Shown here one piece after another: positions 39,109 through 53,289 of a stretch of 64,000 nt of DNA; position 1 is the stretch's first letter; each line of letters begins with the position of its first letter. The stretch lies in NCBI RefSeq assembly GCF_006345805.1, contig NC_043003.1, forward strand, positions 7,936,001 to 8,000,000, written 5' to 3'. A model generated the notes under the pieces. It was given only the letters and a program-made list of their open reading frames with translations. It was not told the DNA's origin and did not search any database. The position numbers and the translations under genes are program-made. This DNA comes from Octopus sinensis (taxonomy: Eukaryota).

Positions 39109-39170
39109 TTTCCCTGACGAGGCGAATGGATCAATTACGAGATCCCTAACGCCGACATAGAAATAGGGAA
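39109..39170 (+). ncRNA. Degenerate type I hammerhead motif
   Basis: TTTCC-CTGACGA-GGCG..GGATC..GATCC..CGCC-GACA(for GAAA)-TAGAA-ATA|GGGAA. Confidence 0.55.
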
Positions 39171-39281
39171 TTAACCATTTATTTCCAAGTTGTGGATTCT
39201 ATTTGCACTGTCACCGTGGACAGTTTTTATCCTGAGGAGAAATGATATGAGTGATGTAATGGCTTTATGCATACATACATA

Positions 39282-39381
<100 letters not shown>

Positions 39382-39384
39382 CTT

Positions 39385-39770
39385 TATTCTTTTAATTGTT
39401 TCAGTCATTTGACTGCGGCCATACTGGAGCATTCGAACAAATCGACCACAGGACTTATTCTTTGTAAGCCGAGTACATGTTCTATTGTCTCTTTTGGCGA
39501 ACCCCAAGTTGACAAAGACGTAACCACACCAACATCGGTTGTCAAGCGATGGTGGAGGGCAAAAAAAAAACATACACATGCATATATATATATATATATA
39601 TATATATAGTCGACGGGATTCTTTCAGTTTCCGTCAAACAAATCCACTCACAAGCCATTGGTCGGCCACAGGCTATAATAGAAGACACTTGCCTAAGGTG
39701 CCACGCAGTGGAACTGAACCCGGAACCATGTGGTTGGGAAGCAAGTTTCTTACTACAGAGCCACTCCTAT
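39385..39770 (-). mobile_element. Family-B SINE
   Basis: Near full length. Confidence 0.8.
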
Positions 39771-40958
39771 ACACCCCCCTATATGTGTGTGTATATATAT
39801 GTATATATGTATATATATATATAATTATAGTTTAGGGTATCTAAGAGATACCACCACGCTGGAAATAGCAGCCAAAGCTTGACTCTAAAACCATATTAAA
39901 CGTTCATACAGCACCAGGAGAGAAGACAAAAAGACAAAATAAACTAGCAAAAAAAAAAAAGAATTACTGGATCATTCCAGATCCCGGATTTCGAGCTCTG
40001 CATAAGAAATGTTATGCCTCATCCGTGGAATATACACAGATAGTGCATAAATACAAATATATATATATATATATATATATAACATACGAATACTTACATA
40101 TATATATATATATATATGCACGTATGCACCCGACTAGTTAAAATTGCCCGCCTAAAACTCCTCGTGCGATATGGTGAAAAATATCACCGCAGTGAATATA
40201 ATGACGAAATAAATATATAAATTTATATAAATAAGGATAATATATATAAACACACACACACACACACACACACACCACACATATATATATATATATATAT
40301 TTATACAAACACATGTTTATATATACACATACATATGTACGTATATGCAGATATACATATCTAAATATACATATCTATATATATGTGTACACATTCATAT
40401 GCAGAGCCAGACATATACACATAGATACGCACACACACATACACACACGCGTATATGGTTGACTGTGTCTGTGTTTGTGTATATGTACCTGTGTGTATAT
40501 CAAGAAAAGGTAATTTAGAACTTACATTCGAAAGTGATACTTTTATTGAAGTGGAGACATCACTTTTCGATTAATTCTGAGAAAATATTTTATGAAGCGC
40601 CATCTATCATGAAAATATACAACTATAACTGATATCATCTAAAATATATTTCGGTGAAGAATCAAATGCGAAAACAAAAAATATATAAAAATTTATGACT
40701 TAAAATAAGAGAAAAACTCTCAAAGTTACAATAATAAATTGAATTTCATGCGATTTTCTGATAGGAACATTTCAGTTAAGAAAAAAAGAAAAAGAAAAAA
40801 GTTAATCGATTTAAATAGAAATAAATAAAAAATACGTTAACAACAGCAAAAGAATCAACACTTCAAACGGTAATATCAACTACAACTACAATTTACAGTT
40901 AAGTAATAACTGAAACAGAAAGAAGCGAAGATGAATATTGGAAACTGAAGAATATGGT

Positions 40959-40993
<35 letters not shown>

Positions 40994-41461
40994 TATGAAT
41001 TGTAGAGAGATATAACGTATTATTGTTAAACGTTAACGCTAGGAAGAGAGTCGCAATTGAATGCTGGGTAAAATAATCCTTTGAAAATAGCATGGTTGTG
41101 TGAATCTGTTATAATTGCGATTTGATATATTTGTGAATTTGTATTATGCAAATGTAAATTTAATTATGCAAATTTTTTGTTAATAGTCTTATAATTATGC
41201 TGTGATATGGGTTAGAAATCGATGGCATATTAATATTAAGAATTAGATATTTATGATATGTTAATTCTGTGAGTCGGCGTTCTGTAGTGATATGATATTT
41301 CTATGAAAATTTGAATTCTAAAGTTATTACGAAAACAATTAAAGGATTCTGCATTCAGGAATAACACGGGAAATTATATTAAGTTGATTCCTTTTGAATT
41401 TGCACAAAACCGAATTATTAGGGATGTTTAGTTAATAAATTTTGCTTAGCATAATTCCGGT

Positions 41462-41659
41462 CATACAGAAAAAAATGGAGACGACCTCCCCCTCTGCGAT
41501 GAAGTTCAAATAATAGACAGAGAACACCACTGGAACAGGCGAAAACTAAAAGAAGCAGCACATATGTTAGGACACAACAACCTCCTAAGCAGATCGAGTG
41601 CAGATATGAATAGTATATGGGAACCGGTATTAAAGGAGAGGAAAATATTAGATTTATAA
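41462..41659 (+). pseudogene. C-terminal GIY-YIG fragment of a second PLE family
   Basis: Translates HTEKNGDDLPLCDEVQIIDREHHWNRRKLKEAAHMLGHNNLLSRSSADMNSIWEPVL, matching the PLE EN pattern H...V.II.RE.....RK.KEA..I...W.P.L. Confidence 0.7.
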
Positions 41660-41794
41660 ACCCTAAAAATTCACTCTATAATTACCCATGGGGATATGGC
41701 GTAGTGGTTAAGAGCGCAGGCTACTAACCCCAAGATTCCGAGTGAACTGAATAATAATAATAATAATATAATAATAATAATAATAATAATAATA

Positions 41795-41945
41795 TTATCG
41801 AAAATTACCTAAGGAATGAGAAACCAGGTTTGAAATTTCCCCAAGACACCTGATGAAGGCTGGAGGGTATATCAGCCAAGACGTTGTTTTAACAACAAAC
41901 AAGATGAGGACAAATATCCGTCAAATGTAAATAACGTAAATAATT
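41795..41945 (+). mobile_element. PLE 3' UTR repeat with degenerate HHR (family 2)
   Basis: GACAC-CTGATGA-A-GGCTG gagggtatat CAGCC-AAGAC GTT|GTTTT at 41845-41890. Confidence 0.6.
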
Positions 41946-42922
41946 TCCCGAGATATTTTCGGTTTTAGACCTCCCTACAGAAAGGGAATGTTTGTTGATA
42001 GAAACGATTGAAATTCATGGCCAAGTTGTGCCGTTTACACCTTTTTAAATCATAGAATGTATTTTCTCCGTTAAGAAATATCCAAGAAACGTATTTTATT
42101 TGAATCTAAAATCTTGATATAGGGCATGCTGTAGCCATTGTTGTAGCTATCGTTAAATACACAGAAGAGATTTTAACTGTTTTTATACTTGATGAGTACA
42201 AATATCTTTATTTCTTGTTGTTCTATGGTTTACTTTTCGTATTTCGTTATTCCATTGTGGGAATTTTGTGTAATGCACATTCAGTTCAGTTTGGAGAAAG
42301 GCTCTTACTGTTGTGTAATTTGAGTTGTAATTGTTTTGTTATTCACATAATAGTTTATATGTCTGAATGTTGTTATAGTTATTTTGTTCAATATTTGTAC
42401 GGAGGCATCTATGTTCGTGATTGTAGTGATGTTCAATTCTGATAGCAAATTGCAAGCTGATGAGTGTTTTCCTTTTATTCTTTAGCATTGCATTTATTTG
42501 ATATACAAATACAAAGTATGTTCTATTATGCATTTGAAGATAAGAACAAGGGCTGATAGTAGGGGTTTAGTTTTGTTATTGGCTACAGCGATAATGTTAA
42601 AAACAGATTAGTAAGAAAGTTTGTACTAAATTAGATTGATATCACACATACAGATCGCTTTTCCTTATTTCTACAATTTCTAACCATGGCGTGTATAAAG
42701 AACTGACTTCGCTGCTTGAACGCAGCGCGATGTTCTTATTGTAAGGGTACATTAAAGATAAACATGAAACTTATAGTTTGTCTAAGAAATTATATAGATT
42801 TTTTTTTTATGTTGATTAATTCAGTTTTTATCATTGACGTATTGATTTGATATTTTTTATTGGTTCACCAATTATCATTTTGTTCCTGATTGTTGATTTT
42901 TAAAAAAACATAATATATAATA

Positions 42923-43086
42923 GGCGCAGGAGTGGCTGTGTGGTAACTTGCTAACCAACCATATGGTTCCCGGTTCAGTCCTACTGCGTGGCATCTTGGG
43001 CGAGTGTCTTCTACTATGGCCTTGGGCCGACCAAAGCTTGTGAGTGGATTTGGTAGATGGAAATTGAAAGAAGCCTGTCGTATATC

Positions 43087-43139
<53 letters not shown>

Positions 43140-43325
43140 ATCCCCCCCCATCGTTTGACAATCGATACGGGTGTGTTTACGTCCCTGTACCTTAGCAGTT
43201 CGACAAATTAGATCGATAGAATAAGTACTAGGCTTACAAAGAATAAGTCCTGGGGTAGATTTGCTCGACTAAAGGCGGTGCTCCAGCATGGCCGCAGTCA
43301 AAGGACTGAAACAAGTAAAAGAATA
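42923..43325 (+). mobile_element. Family-B tRNA-derived CORE-like SINE, full length with internal microsatellite
   Basis: GGCGCAGGAGTGGCTGTGTGG head, GGTTCAGTCC B box, CTTGGGCGAGTGTCTT CORE-like motif, tail ...CAGTCAAAGGACTGAAACAAGTAAAAGA. Confidence 0.85.
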
Positions 43326-44844
43326 AAAGAAACTGCCGTCCATGTATTATTTATTAAGACTAAGATCTTGGAAGTAAGGAGTTTGCTAAATTTTAGGTTT
43401 ATCATTGATGATAAAGAGCAAAATTTACATTTTGCTATTTTAAATTTTTTTAATTATTGTGGGGATAGGAATTAGTTACCTGGTAAAATTTGGAATTATC
43501 TCGCCAAAATATGCACTGATTTGGCGTTGCCCAGTTTTTCTTCGAGACGTCAGATGTTTTGCTATGTTGGAATATATGTGTTATATGTACGTTGGATTTT
43601 AAAATATTTCTTGGAATATTTTCTTCATCTGTTAATTAAAAAAAGGCTTATTCACTTTTAATTAAACTTGTGGCATCTTTACGTCATCGCTGGATGTGTT
43701 AATATCGTGTTGCTTTCGTTATATGTTTTATTCTAATTGTTTTCATTGACTTATTATATTAGTTTATTATAAACAAAGTCTTAATTGTCTGATTATTATT
43801 TTGTTCAAAGGGATTCTGAAGCTTTATTTATAAAGGTTTTCGATAACAGATGCTATTCAAATGGAATTTTAGCAAGGTGATTAAGATATTAATTCTTTTA
43901 ATAAAACACGCTCCCAATAATTACATTGGTTAATAAGATTCATCTTTTCTTTTGAATCGTAAACGAAACCAGTCGAGTTTTACTAATTCTCGTTTGATGA
44001 TTAGAAAATTAAGCTCATAATTCAAGCTTAGCTTAAAATCTGGTGTTTGAAAGTTATGTCTCTCCTCACTTTTTCGATAAATGTATCACAGTGAAGGAAG
44101 TATTGATTGCATCGTAATATTACTCGCATTGCCTTATCTCAATACAATGTATTGACTACGATGTAGTTCACAATTATTGCACCGTCAAAATATGCATAAT
44201 AAGATACGTAGGCCTGCATAACAGTTATTGCATAGCTTCTCTCATTTGAAGCTGTGTGATTAGTTTAACTATTGTCGAGGCACCTCTTTCGTCGTCGAAT
44301 ATTGCAATTGGTTATCAGATTTCTTTCATACAGACTGCAAGCGGTATTTCAGGAACATATTCGGTAATTTAATGACAACTCAAATCTTGCAAAAAGCCTA
44401 ATGTAATTTAATATAAATTTGTGCACATGTTATCGATAAGGTTTCTCAAAAGAAATCTATCTTCAGTGATTGGAAATTCCTAATTCGCAGCTTTCTGCTC
44501 AAATAGCAACAACGACTGCATATATTTTCATTTACAGTGTTAGAATTTCATCTGCCACGAAGTATCTGAAATAAATACTGTTAATAGTTTTAAAGAGTGT
44601 GATATAAGGATACATAAGGGTCCTCAAACATCCCTCGCATCCTGTATGTAAAACGCTTCGTAATCGCATAAATTCTTTTCATGATTTTTAATATAATTAG
44701 TACCTAATTACAAAAATGTGAAATTACCCAGGAATTTCGGGAAGCTTACCATCCCTGTTCTGTTTGCAAGAAAAGGGATCAATGAAAAATCTAGGCACCG
44801 TTTTTATCGCAGATCCAGTTCAGGATCTTTAACACTCTCTCTTT

Positions 44845-45250
44845 TTTCTCTCTTTTACTTGTTTCAGTCATTTGACTGCGGCCATGCTGGAGCACCGCCT
44901 TTAGTCAAGCAACTCGACCCCGGGACTTATACTTTGTAAGCCCAGTACTTATTCTATCAGTCTCTTTTTGCCGAACCGCTAAGTGACGGGGACATAAACA
45001 CACCAGCATCGGTTGTCAAGCAATGCTAGGGGGATAGACACAGGCACACAAACATACACGCACACATATATTTATATATACATATATACGACGGGCTTCT
45101 TTCTGTTTCCGTCTACCAAATCCACTCACAATGCTTTGGTCGGCCCGAGACTATAGTAGAAGACACTTGCCCAAGGTGCCACGCAGTGGAACTGAACCTG
45201 GAACCATGTGGTTGGTAGGCAAGCTACTTATCACACAGCAACTCCTGCGC
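44845..45250 (-). mobile_element. Family-B SINE
   Basis: Near full length. Confidence 0.85.
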
Positions 45251-45580
45251 CTAAGTACAAATGTCCGAGGGAAGCGAATACTTTTTGCATACTTATGGTA
45301 TGGAACCCCTTTCCCATCACACATATACGAGTGAGTGGACAAACGAAAGAAGGGAACTCAACCAATTTATGGGGAGTTACATGTATGGATCAAAGCATTT
45401 TCATTCAAATACGTTGGTACTCTAGAGTTTCAGGCGTGATGCTAGTCATCGGCTATTTTGACGACTAGCATCGATCTTGAAACACAAGAGTACCAACGAA
45501 TTTGAACCAAACTGTCTTGATCCACACACACAAACAAATATATATATGTGTGTGTGTGTGTGTTTGTATATATATCATAG

Positions 45581-45614
<34 letters not shown>

Positions 45615-46003
45615 TATTATTTTATATATGTCATAGTATTTTTTAGAGCTTAAATGACTAAAGAAAATAGCCTAATATTGTGGCATATAAGTCCTCGACA
45701 GAAAAAAGTAGGTTTTCCCCTACGCGTGGGGCACGAAGACACACCTCTTCGTTTACGCGACTAAGTTTACTACCGTTACACCTACGCAAAAACCTGCTTC
45801 TTTCCGCCAGATTTAAGAACTATAATTAGTTCGTAGTAGTTTATGTAGACAAACTTTCATGTGTATTTACTGCGATAATTTTGTTAAACAGCGTCGAATT
45901 TTACAATCCTGTAAACTGTAATAATAGTATTTTATAAGCTTAAAGATTATAAGCGATCACCGCGCAATGACTACACAAAAGAATGTAATAATGGGGCATA
46001 TGG

Positions 46004-46376
46004 GAAGCACTCCGTCGGTTACGACGATGAGGGTTCCGGTTGATCCGAATCAACGGAACAGCCTGCTCGTGAAATTAACGTGTAAGTGGCTAAGCACTCC
46101 ACAGACACGTGCACCCTTAACGTAGTTCTCGTAGATATTCAGCGTGACACAGAGAGTGACAAGGCCGGCCCTTTGAAATACAGGTACAACAGAAACAGGA
46201 AGAAAGAGTGAGAGAAAGTTGTGGTGAAAGAGTACAGCAGGGATCACCACCATCCCCTGCCGGAGCCTCGTGGAACTTTAGGTGTTTTCGCTCAATAAAC
46301 ACTCACAACGCCCGGTCTGGGAATCGAAACCGCGATCCTATGACCGCGAGTCCGCTGCCCTAACCACTGGGCCATA
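46004..46376 (-). mobile_element. Chimeric SINE: family-C head plus family-D tail
   Basis: 46205-46376 matches 33178-33350; 46004-46200 matches 49648-49820. Confidence 0.75.
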
Positions 46377-46678
46377 TGCCGGGGGCATATAACTCTCGAC
46401 AGAAGAAAGTAGGTTTTTTCCCGTACGCGTGTGATTCGTACCACACCTCTTTGTTTACGCGACCAAGTGTACTACTGTTACACCAACGCACAAACCTGGT
46501 TCTTTCGCGGTGATCGCTTATAAGCTTTAGGCTTCTAAAATGCTATTATTATTATTTACAGAACTGTAAAAATCGACGCTGCGTAACAAAACTATCGCAG
46601 TAAAAACACACGAAAGTTTGTTTACAAAACCAACTACGAACTAATCATAGTTCTTAGAGCTGACAGAAAGAAGCAGGT

Positions 46679-46751
46679 TTGTACGTTGGATTAAGGGTAG
46701 CACACTTGGTCGCGTAAAGGAAGCGGTGTGGGGTCGAGTCCCACGCGTAGG
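46679..46751 (+). tRNA. tRNA-Thr(CGT)-derived pseudogene-like unit
   Basis: D-arm region, TGGT-CGCGTAA-A anticodon arm, T-arm GTGGG gtcgagt CCCAC, followed by a T9 run at 46763-46771. Confidence 0.55.
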
Positions 46752-46908
46752 GGAAAACCTAGTTTTTTTTTCTGTCGAGAGCTTATATGCACCATTATTA
46801 GACTATTTTCTTCAGTCATTGCGAGGTGATCGCTTATAAGTTCTAAGCTATAAAATACTATTATATATTTATAGAATTGTAAAAATCGACTCTGCTTAAC
46901 AAAACTAT

Positions 46909-46954
<46 letters not shown>

Positions 46955-47133
46955 ATAGTTTTGTTAAGCGAGTCGATTTTTACAATTATATATATATAAT
47001 ATATAATATATATATATATATAGCTATATATATATATATATAATTTTTACAATATATAGATATTATATATTTTACAATTATTATATATATATATATTATA
47101 TATATATATATATATATCATAAAGGTGGTGTAC

Positions 47134-47179
<46 letters not shown>

Positions 47180-47285
47180 AAACTAAAGGAAAAGTAGAAA
47201 GATGTATTTTTTCAACGCTTAAATACTGAACAGTATATATGAAGAATAAAATCCTTTTAAGAGCAGAAAAATTTGCTGGTAACCA

Positions 47286-47355
47286 GCCATGACGATCGAA
47301 CTCACACCCCTCCAACATCCGGTTGGAGTGCTCTACCCTTTAAGCTAAACATGAC
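47286..47355 (-). tRNA. tRNA-like SINE head/pseudogene
   Basis: TTTAGCTTAAAGGGTAGAGCA-CTCCAAC cggat GTTGGAG-GGGTGTGAGTTCGATC. Confidence 0.55.
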
Positions 47356-47460
47356 GTAATATATATATATATATATATAATTATATATATGATTACTCCT
47401 TTTGCCCGGCTACCAAGATTTATAAAGAAAATTCCTGGAAGTAAAGACTACGCCATTATG

Positions 47461-47620
47461 TTAAGGCGACAAGCTGGCAGAAATATTAGCACGCCGGGCG
47501 AAATGGTTAGCGGCATTTCGTCTGTCTTTACTTCAGGGTTCAAATTTCGCTGAGGTGGACTTTGCTTAATGGACAGGCCCCCTCCCCTTAAATTTCAGAA
47601 CTTGTGCCTATAGCAGAAAG
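47461..47620 (+). mobile_element. Family-A SINE, internally deleted
   Basis: Head plus alternative tail. Confidence 0.7.
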
Positions 47621-47769
47621 GATTATCTTAATTGATTCTCAGCTCGTTGGCCATCCCGTATAAAGGCAGGTTTTCTTTCTAGTGAACTCTTTAAATATTC
47701 CCTTCATATCCAAAAAAGAGACAGGCCTAATGATCATATTCATGTTATCTTTTAGATTTTCTTTTACTT

Positions 47770-48079
47770 AATTCACTCCTCAGACTGCGGTCATGTTGGG
47801 GCAACACGTTGAAGAATTTTAGTTGAAAGAATCAACCAGAGGACTTATTTCTTTTCAAGCCTGGTAATTATTCCATCAGTGTCTTTTGCAAAGTACCGGG
47901 GGCGTAAACACACCAACACCCATTGCGAAGCAGTGGTAGGGGACAAAGTAACGCTCATACATACATACATACATACATACATACATACATACATACATAC
48001 ATACATACGTATATACGTACATACATACATACGCACATACATGCATACTTAGATACATATATATACATATATATATATG

Positions 48080-48119
<40 letters not shown>

Positions 48120-48230
48120 ACTTATTTCTTTTGCCCTTATTTATAAGTTGTTTTATAATTTTAACCTTTAAAGGTACCACGCACTGGAACCATGTTGTTG
48201 GGGAGCAAACTTCTTGCAACTCAGGTAACC
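47770..48230 (-). mobile_element. Family-B SINE (diverged, expanded microsatellite)
   Basis: Tail at 47770 and head at ~48230, split by (TACA)n/(TA)n. Confidence 0.65.
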
Positions 48231-48864
48231 AAATTTTCAAGTGAATCTATATAGCCTCGTGAAGTTTCTCAGAACGGAATGCATGGTCTTGTGAGGGATC
48301 ATTTTTGCCAGAAGTGAAAATAGAATTTCTCGCTTCAAGTCTGAAACGATGTAACTTTCTCGGTAACAGTATCAGGAATTCTTCCGAACATGTCAAAACA
48401 GCTTTTTAAATTTCTTTATAAAAACAAGATTGGAAATAATGATATTAATGGCCTCATAGAAGCCGTCAATTTATATTACAACCCAACTGGAAGGATGTTA
48501 TCCATGGACTTTATAAATCTTAACTTGGTTGCGTCTTTAATTGATAATTTGTTACTAGGGATTCGTCTGCAGTATTCAACACGTATGAAAGATTTATGAT
48601 ATTAATGGCAAATGCGTTGCGATTTGAAAATTATGTCCGTTTCGTTTTTAACAGCAAGTTTATTATATTGTTATTTCTATATGAAATGGAGAGCCGTGCT
48701 ACAACTTCACATTACATTTTTTTAAAAAATTGAAAAATATTTCTTTAGCATAGAATTACAAACCATCTTAATCTCTTGTTCAACATAAAATAATCTTGTC
48801 AAAGTTACATACTAAGCTAAGACTAATAAGAAAAGCCATGATCCAAATAGCGCCGCTCTCTTTT

Positions 48865-49119
48865 TCTCTTTTACTCTTTTACTTGTTTCAGTCATTTAAC
48901 TGTGGCCATGCTGGAGCACCGCCTTTAGTCGAGCGAATCGACCCAGGACTTATTCTTTGTAAGCCTAGCAGTTATTCTATCGGTTTGTTTTGCCGAACCG
49001 CTAAATTACGGAGACGTAAACACACCAGCATCGGTTGTCAAGTGATGTTGGGTGGACAAACATAGACACACACACACACACACACACCACACACACACAA
49101 CACACAGACACAGACACAC

Positions 49120-49158
<39 letters not shown>

Positions 49159-49325
49159 GTACGACGGGCTTCTTTCAGTTTCCCTCTACCAAATCCACTC
49201 ACAAAGCTTTGGTCGGCCCGAAGCTATAGTAGAAGACACTTGCCCAAGGTACCACGCAGTGGGACTGAACCCGGAACCATGTGGTTGGTAAGCAAGCTTC
49301 TTACCATACAGCCACTCCTGCGCCT
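48865..49325 (-). mobile_element. Family-B SINE
   Basis: Near full length. Confidence 0.85.
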
Positions 49326-49647
49326 TCATTTTAAAAATAATGAAAATTTAGCAATTGAATGAATATCAAAGACATTTATTCCTGGCATCCAAAAACGTCT
49401 CAAAACAACACATTTGATAAAATTTTTGAAGGTATTAAAGGTTCCATATAGAAAGCTTTGAAAATGGTTATAAATAATTTCCATGGAAATAAATGCTCTG
49501 AAATAATGAAAGACAAATTCAAGCTGTTATGAAAATGTGTTTCCTGACTACCAAGTATTAGGAGGTAACAGGTCGATGAACGTATATTTTCTGTATTGTC
49601 CCCCAAATTCTTTAGAAAGCGATGTTACCAAACATTAAAACTAAACT

Positions 49648-49965
49648 GGCACTCCGTCGGTATAGACGACGAGTGTTCCCGTTCCCTAGCTCAACGAAAC
49701 AGCTTGATCGTGTTATTAACGTGCAAGCGGCTGAGAAGTCCAGAGACACCCGTAGCCTTAACATAAGTCGAAGTCAGATTCATCGTGACACAGAGCGTGA
49801 CATAGTTGGCCCTTTGAAGTACCGATACTACTCATATTTGCCATCTGAGAGGACTGGAGTAACGTGAAATAAAGTGTCATGCTGACGGACAAAACACGCG
49901 GCCGCGAATCGAACTAACAACTTCGCGATCGTGACTCGGATATCACTAATAACCAAGCTACGCGC
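49648..49965 (-). mobile_element. Family-D SINE (tRNA head, V-domain-like body)
   Basis: On minus: GGCGCGTAGCTTGG head, GTTCGATTCG B box, CTTTATTTCACGTTACTCCAG body. Confidence 0.65.
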
Positions 49966-50419
49966 CTTCGATCAAAACAGTATCACGGAGGAATATAATG
50001 TTGAATGGACGGAGGGCTATGGATTGAGTGTACAGAGAGGTGCTAATTATTTAACGCCGACAATCCAAACATCCACAAAAGTGAATGGTAGGATCTTTAT
50101 CAAAATATAAGGCTGATTTATGTATTAAATAACATTCTTTCTTTGTAAAAACCTAATGAGACAATCGAGGTCTTGCTCGGTGTTGTTTGTTGTAATCAAT
50201 ATTCTTTTCACATGTTATACACTTTTCATGGGATTTTAAGAATTTCAAATGTGAAATAACCTTGTGTTTCCAAAAAATGTGATTATTTTGAAAGAACTAG
50301 TATTAATTTCATAATTAGCAAACAGATGATCTGTAAGAATTGAAACATTCATCTCCCAGCTGAAAAAAAAAATATTGTAGAATCTCTTAGACATACGCTT
50401 GATTATAAAATCCAAAACA

Positions 50420-50570
50420 GACATGACCTTATTTACATTATTTACATTTGACGAATGTTTGTCCTCATCTTGTTTGTTGTTAACACAACATTTCAGCTGA
50501 TATACCCTCCACAGGCTTCATCGGGTGTCTTGGGGAAATTTCGAACCTGGTCTCTCATTCCTAAGATATT
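50420..50570 (-). mobile_element. Second copy of the family-2 HHR repeat (decayed)
   Basis: Reverse complement matches 41795-41945. The core reads CCGATGA...GAAATGTTGTGTT. Confidence 0.6.
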
Positions 50571-50614
50571 TTAGTTTATCTATATGCCTCCATTGAAGTT
50601 AAAGTCGGCTCCGT

Positions 50615-50688
<74 letters not shown>

Positions 50689-51652
50689 ATATTATATATA
50701 TGTATATATATATTTGTTGCAACCGCGATTTTAATGAGGGCTAAATGTAGGTACTTTTATTATAATGTAAACTTTGGAGGCTTCAATCTAATTAAATAAA
50801 ACCTCTTCAACATTTCACCAAGCCATACATTATATTAAGATTATCGGCTAAACTTGCTTCGACCTGAACTAATGTTGTTATATTGATTATAAATTATTTT
50901 CTAGACTCTTTCCACATAAAAACCTCAAACAGCTGAATACATTTAAGGTTGTTTGAAAATTTTAAAACGAGAATACATTAAAAGAATTGTTTTTGTCCTC
51001 TATAAGTTTATTTTCAATCTCTGCTTTCTGTTGTATTAATTATTGTTATTTTTTTTTATTCGATGCCCCGTGTTTTTAAATTACTTTCAATCAATTTTAA
51101 AAGCTTTCTATTCAATGACGTTAAACCTAATTAACTATAAATCGCTACAGAAAATTACACGCTACGTCACTTTTTCTGTTGACTTGGAAACTGTATCACT
51201 GCGATAATTATTAGAATTTAGTTCTTGGAAGAAATTTGAGAAGTAATATTAAATAAGGTAAAAACGGCTTTACGTCCTCTTCTTTGAATATTCATATAAT
51301 GTCTGTTATTTTGAAAATAAAGTGCAAGCATAAACTACCACCTAAAACGTGGAAAAGAGAGACATTAATGATAAAAAAAAAATAATAAAAAGGGAAATTA
51401 TCAAAACGAATTTAGCTTCGCAAAGTATTTTATAACAAAATATTTGTTACTATAACGACAACACGTAGTAACATTTGTCTGTTGTTTGTTTCTAAATAGT
51501 GAAATCCACGAAGTCCCACGAAATCATTCTACTTGTAGGAAGCTCTCGGAGGAAAAAAAAATCAATTTCCTGTGATGATTGCTAAAGTGGGATGTATCTT
51601 CTTATAAATTAAAAGAAAAAAAACAAATGGATATTACAGCAGCAACAGCAAT

Positions 51653-51678
51653 GGTAGTAGTAGTAGTAGTGGTAGTAT

Positions 51679-51735
<57 letters not shown>

Positions 51736-51990
51736 CAGTAGTAGTAAAGGAGCTTCTTGTCGAACGTGATTTGTATACCTAGCATTGATAGTGCAATGAA
51801 ATACAATAACAAAACTACTACTACTACTACTACTACTGCTGCTATACTACTGCTGCTACTACTACTGCTACTACTACTACTACTACTACTTCTGCTGCTG
51901 CTGCTACTGCTACTAATACTACTACTGCAACTACTACAACTACAACTACTACTACTACAACTACTACTACTACTACTGCTGCTACTACTG
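51653..51990. repeat. (TAG)n then (CTA/CTG)n trinucleotide tracts
   Basis: Direct inspection. Confidence 0.95.
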
Positions 51991-52019
51991 CAACAAATAT
52001 TAATAACCTTCTTTTCTAC

Positions 52020-52567
<548 letters not shown>

Positions 52568-53289
52568 TGATGATGATGATGATGGTGATGATAATGATAA
52601 AAAACTGCCCAATTACGAAAAGCGTAAACCACAGCAAAACTCATAAAAAGAAAATAAAAGTTATCTAAATTGAAAAGAAAATCAGAAATTCTAAACCTTA
52701 ACGATGTGAACCTCAGTAATTAAAAATAGTTCAAGGTGAATTGGTTCCCTTCAAGGCCAGGGCCAGCGCTCTCATTAATCGCTAGTGGTAGTAAACACAT
52801 TTGATCTCTATTGACCCCAAGGCTGTGAGGCTTCTTTTGTCACTTGATCGCACAGAAATGCAAAAGTCCTTTATTGATCTCCTCACCATTTGCCCAACCT
52901 ATTTACAGACCTGTGGAATTTGGTCTTTTCACCAAGCTGCTTCTCCTCTTCCTACTACTCCCTTCAACCCACACATATTTATGCTTATCTCCAGTACAAG
53001 ACAAAAGTCGAAACTAAACAACGTTTAATAATCCTTCACGGTTGTAGGTGCAAAAATAGCAGATTTAAATAAATAACGGTTATACTATCGCCATGGCTAC
53101 AAGGGTTAGTCACAACGATACAGATCAGGCCACTATTAGTGGTAATTAACGATGAGCAATTCTGTAAAAGCAAAGTTAAAGTAACTGTAACGGTATTAAT
53201 GGCGGAGTTGACATTAGTGGTAGAGAAAACAACCGTCTCTACATCTGCCACAATACAAGGTTCAATATTACTAATTTTAATGTACATAT

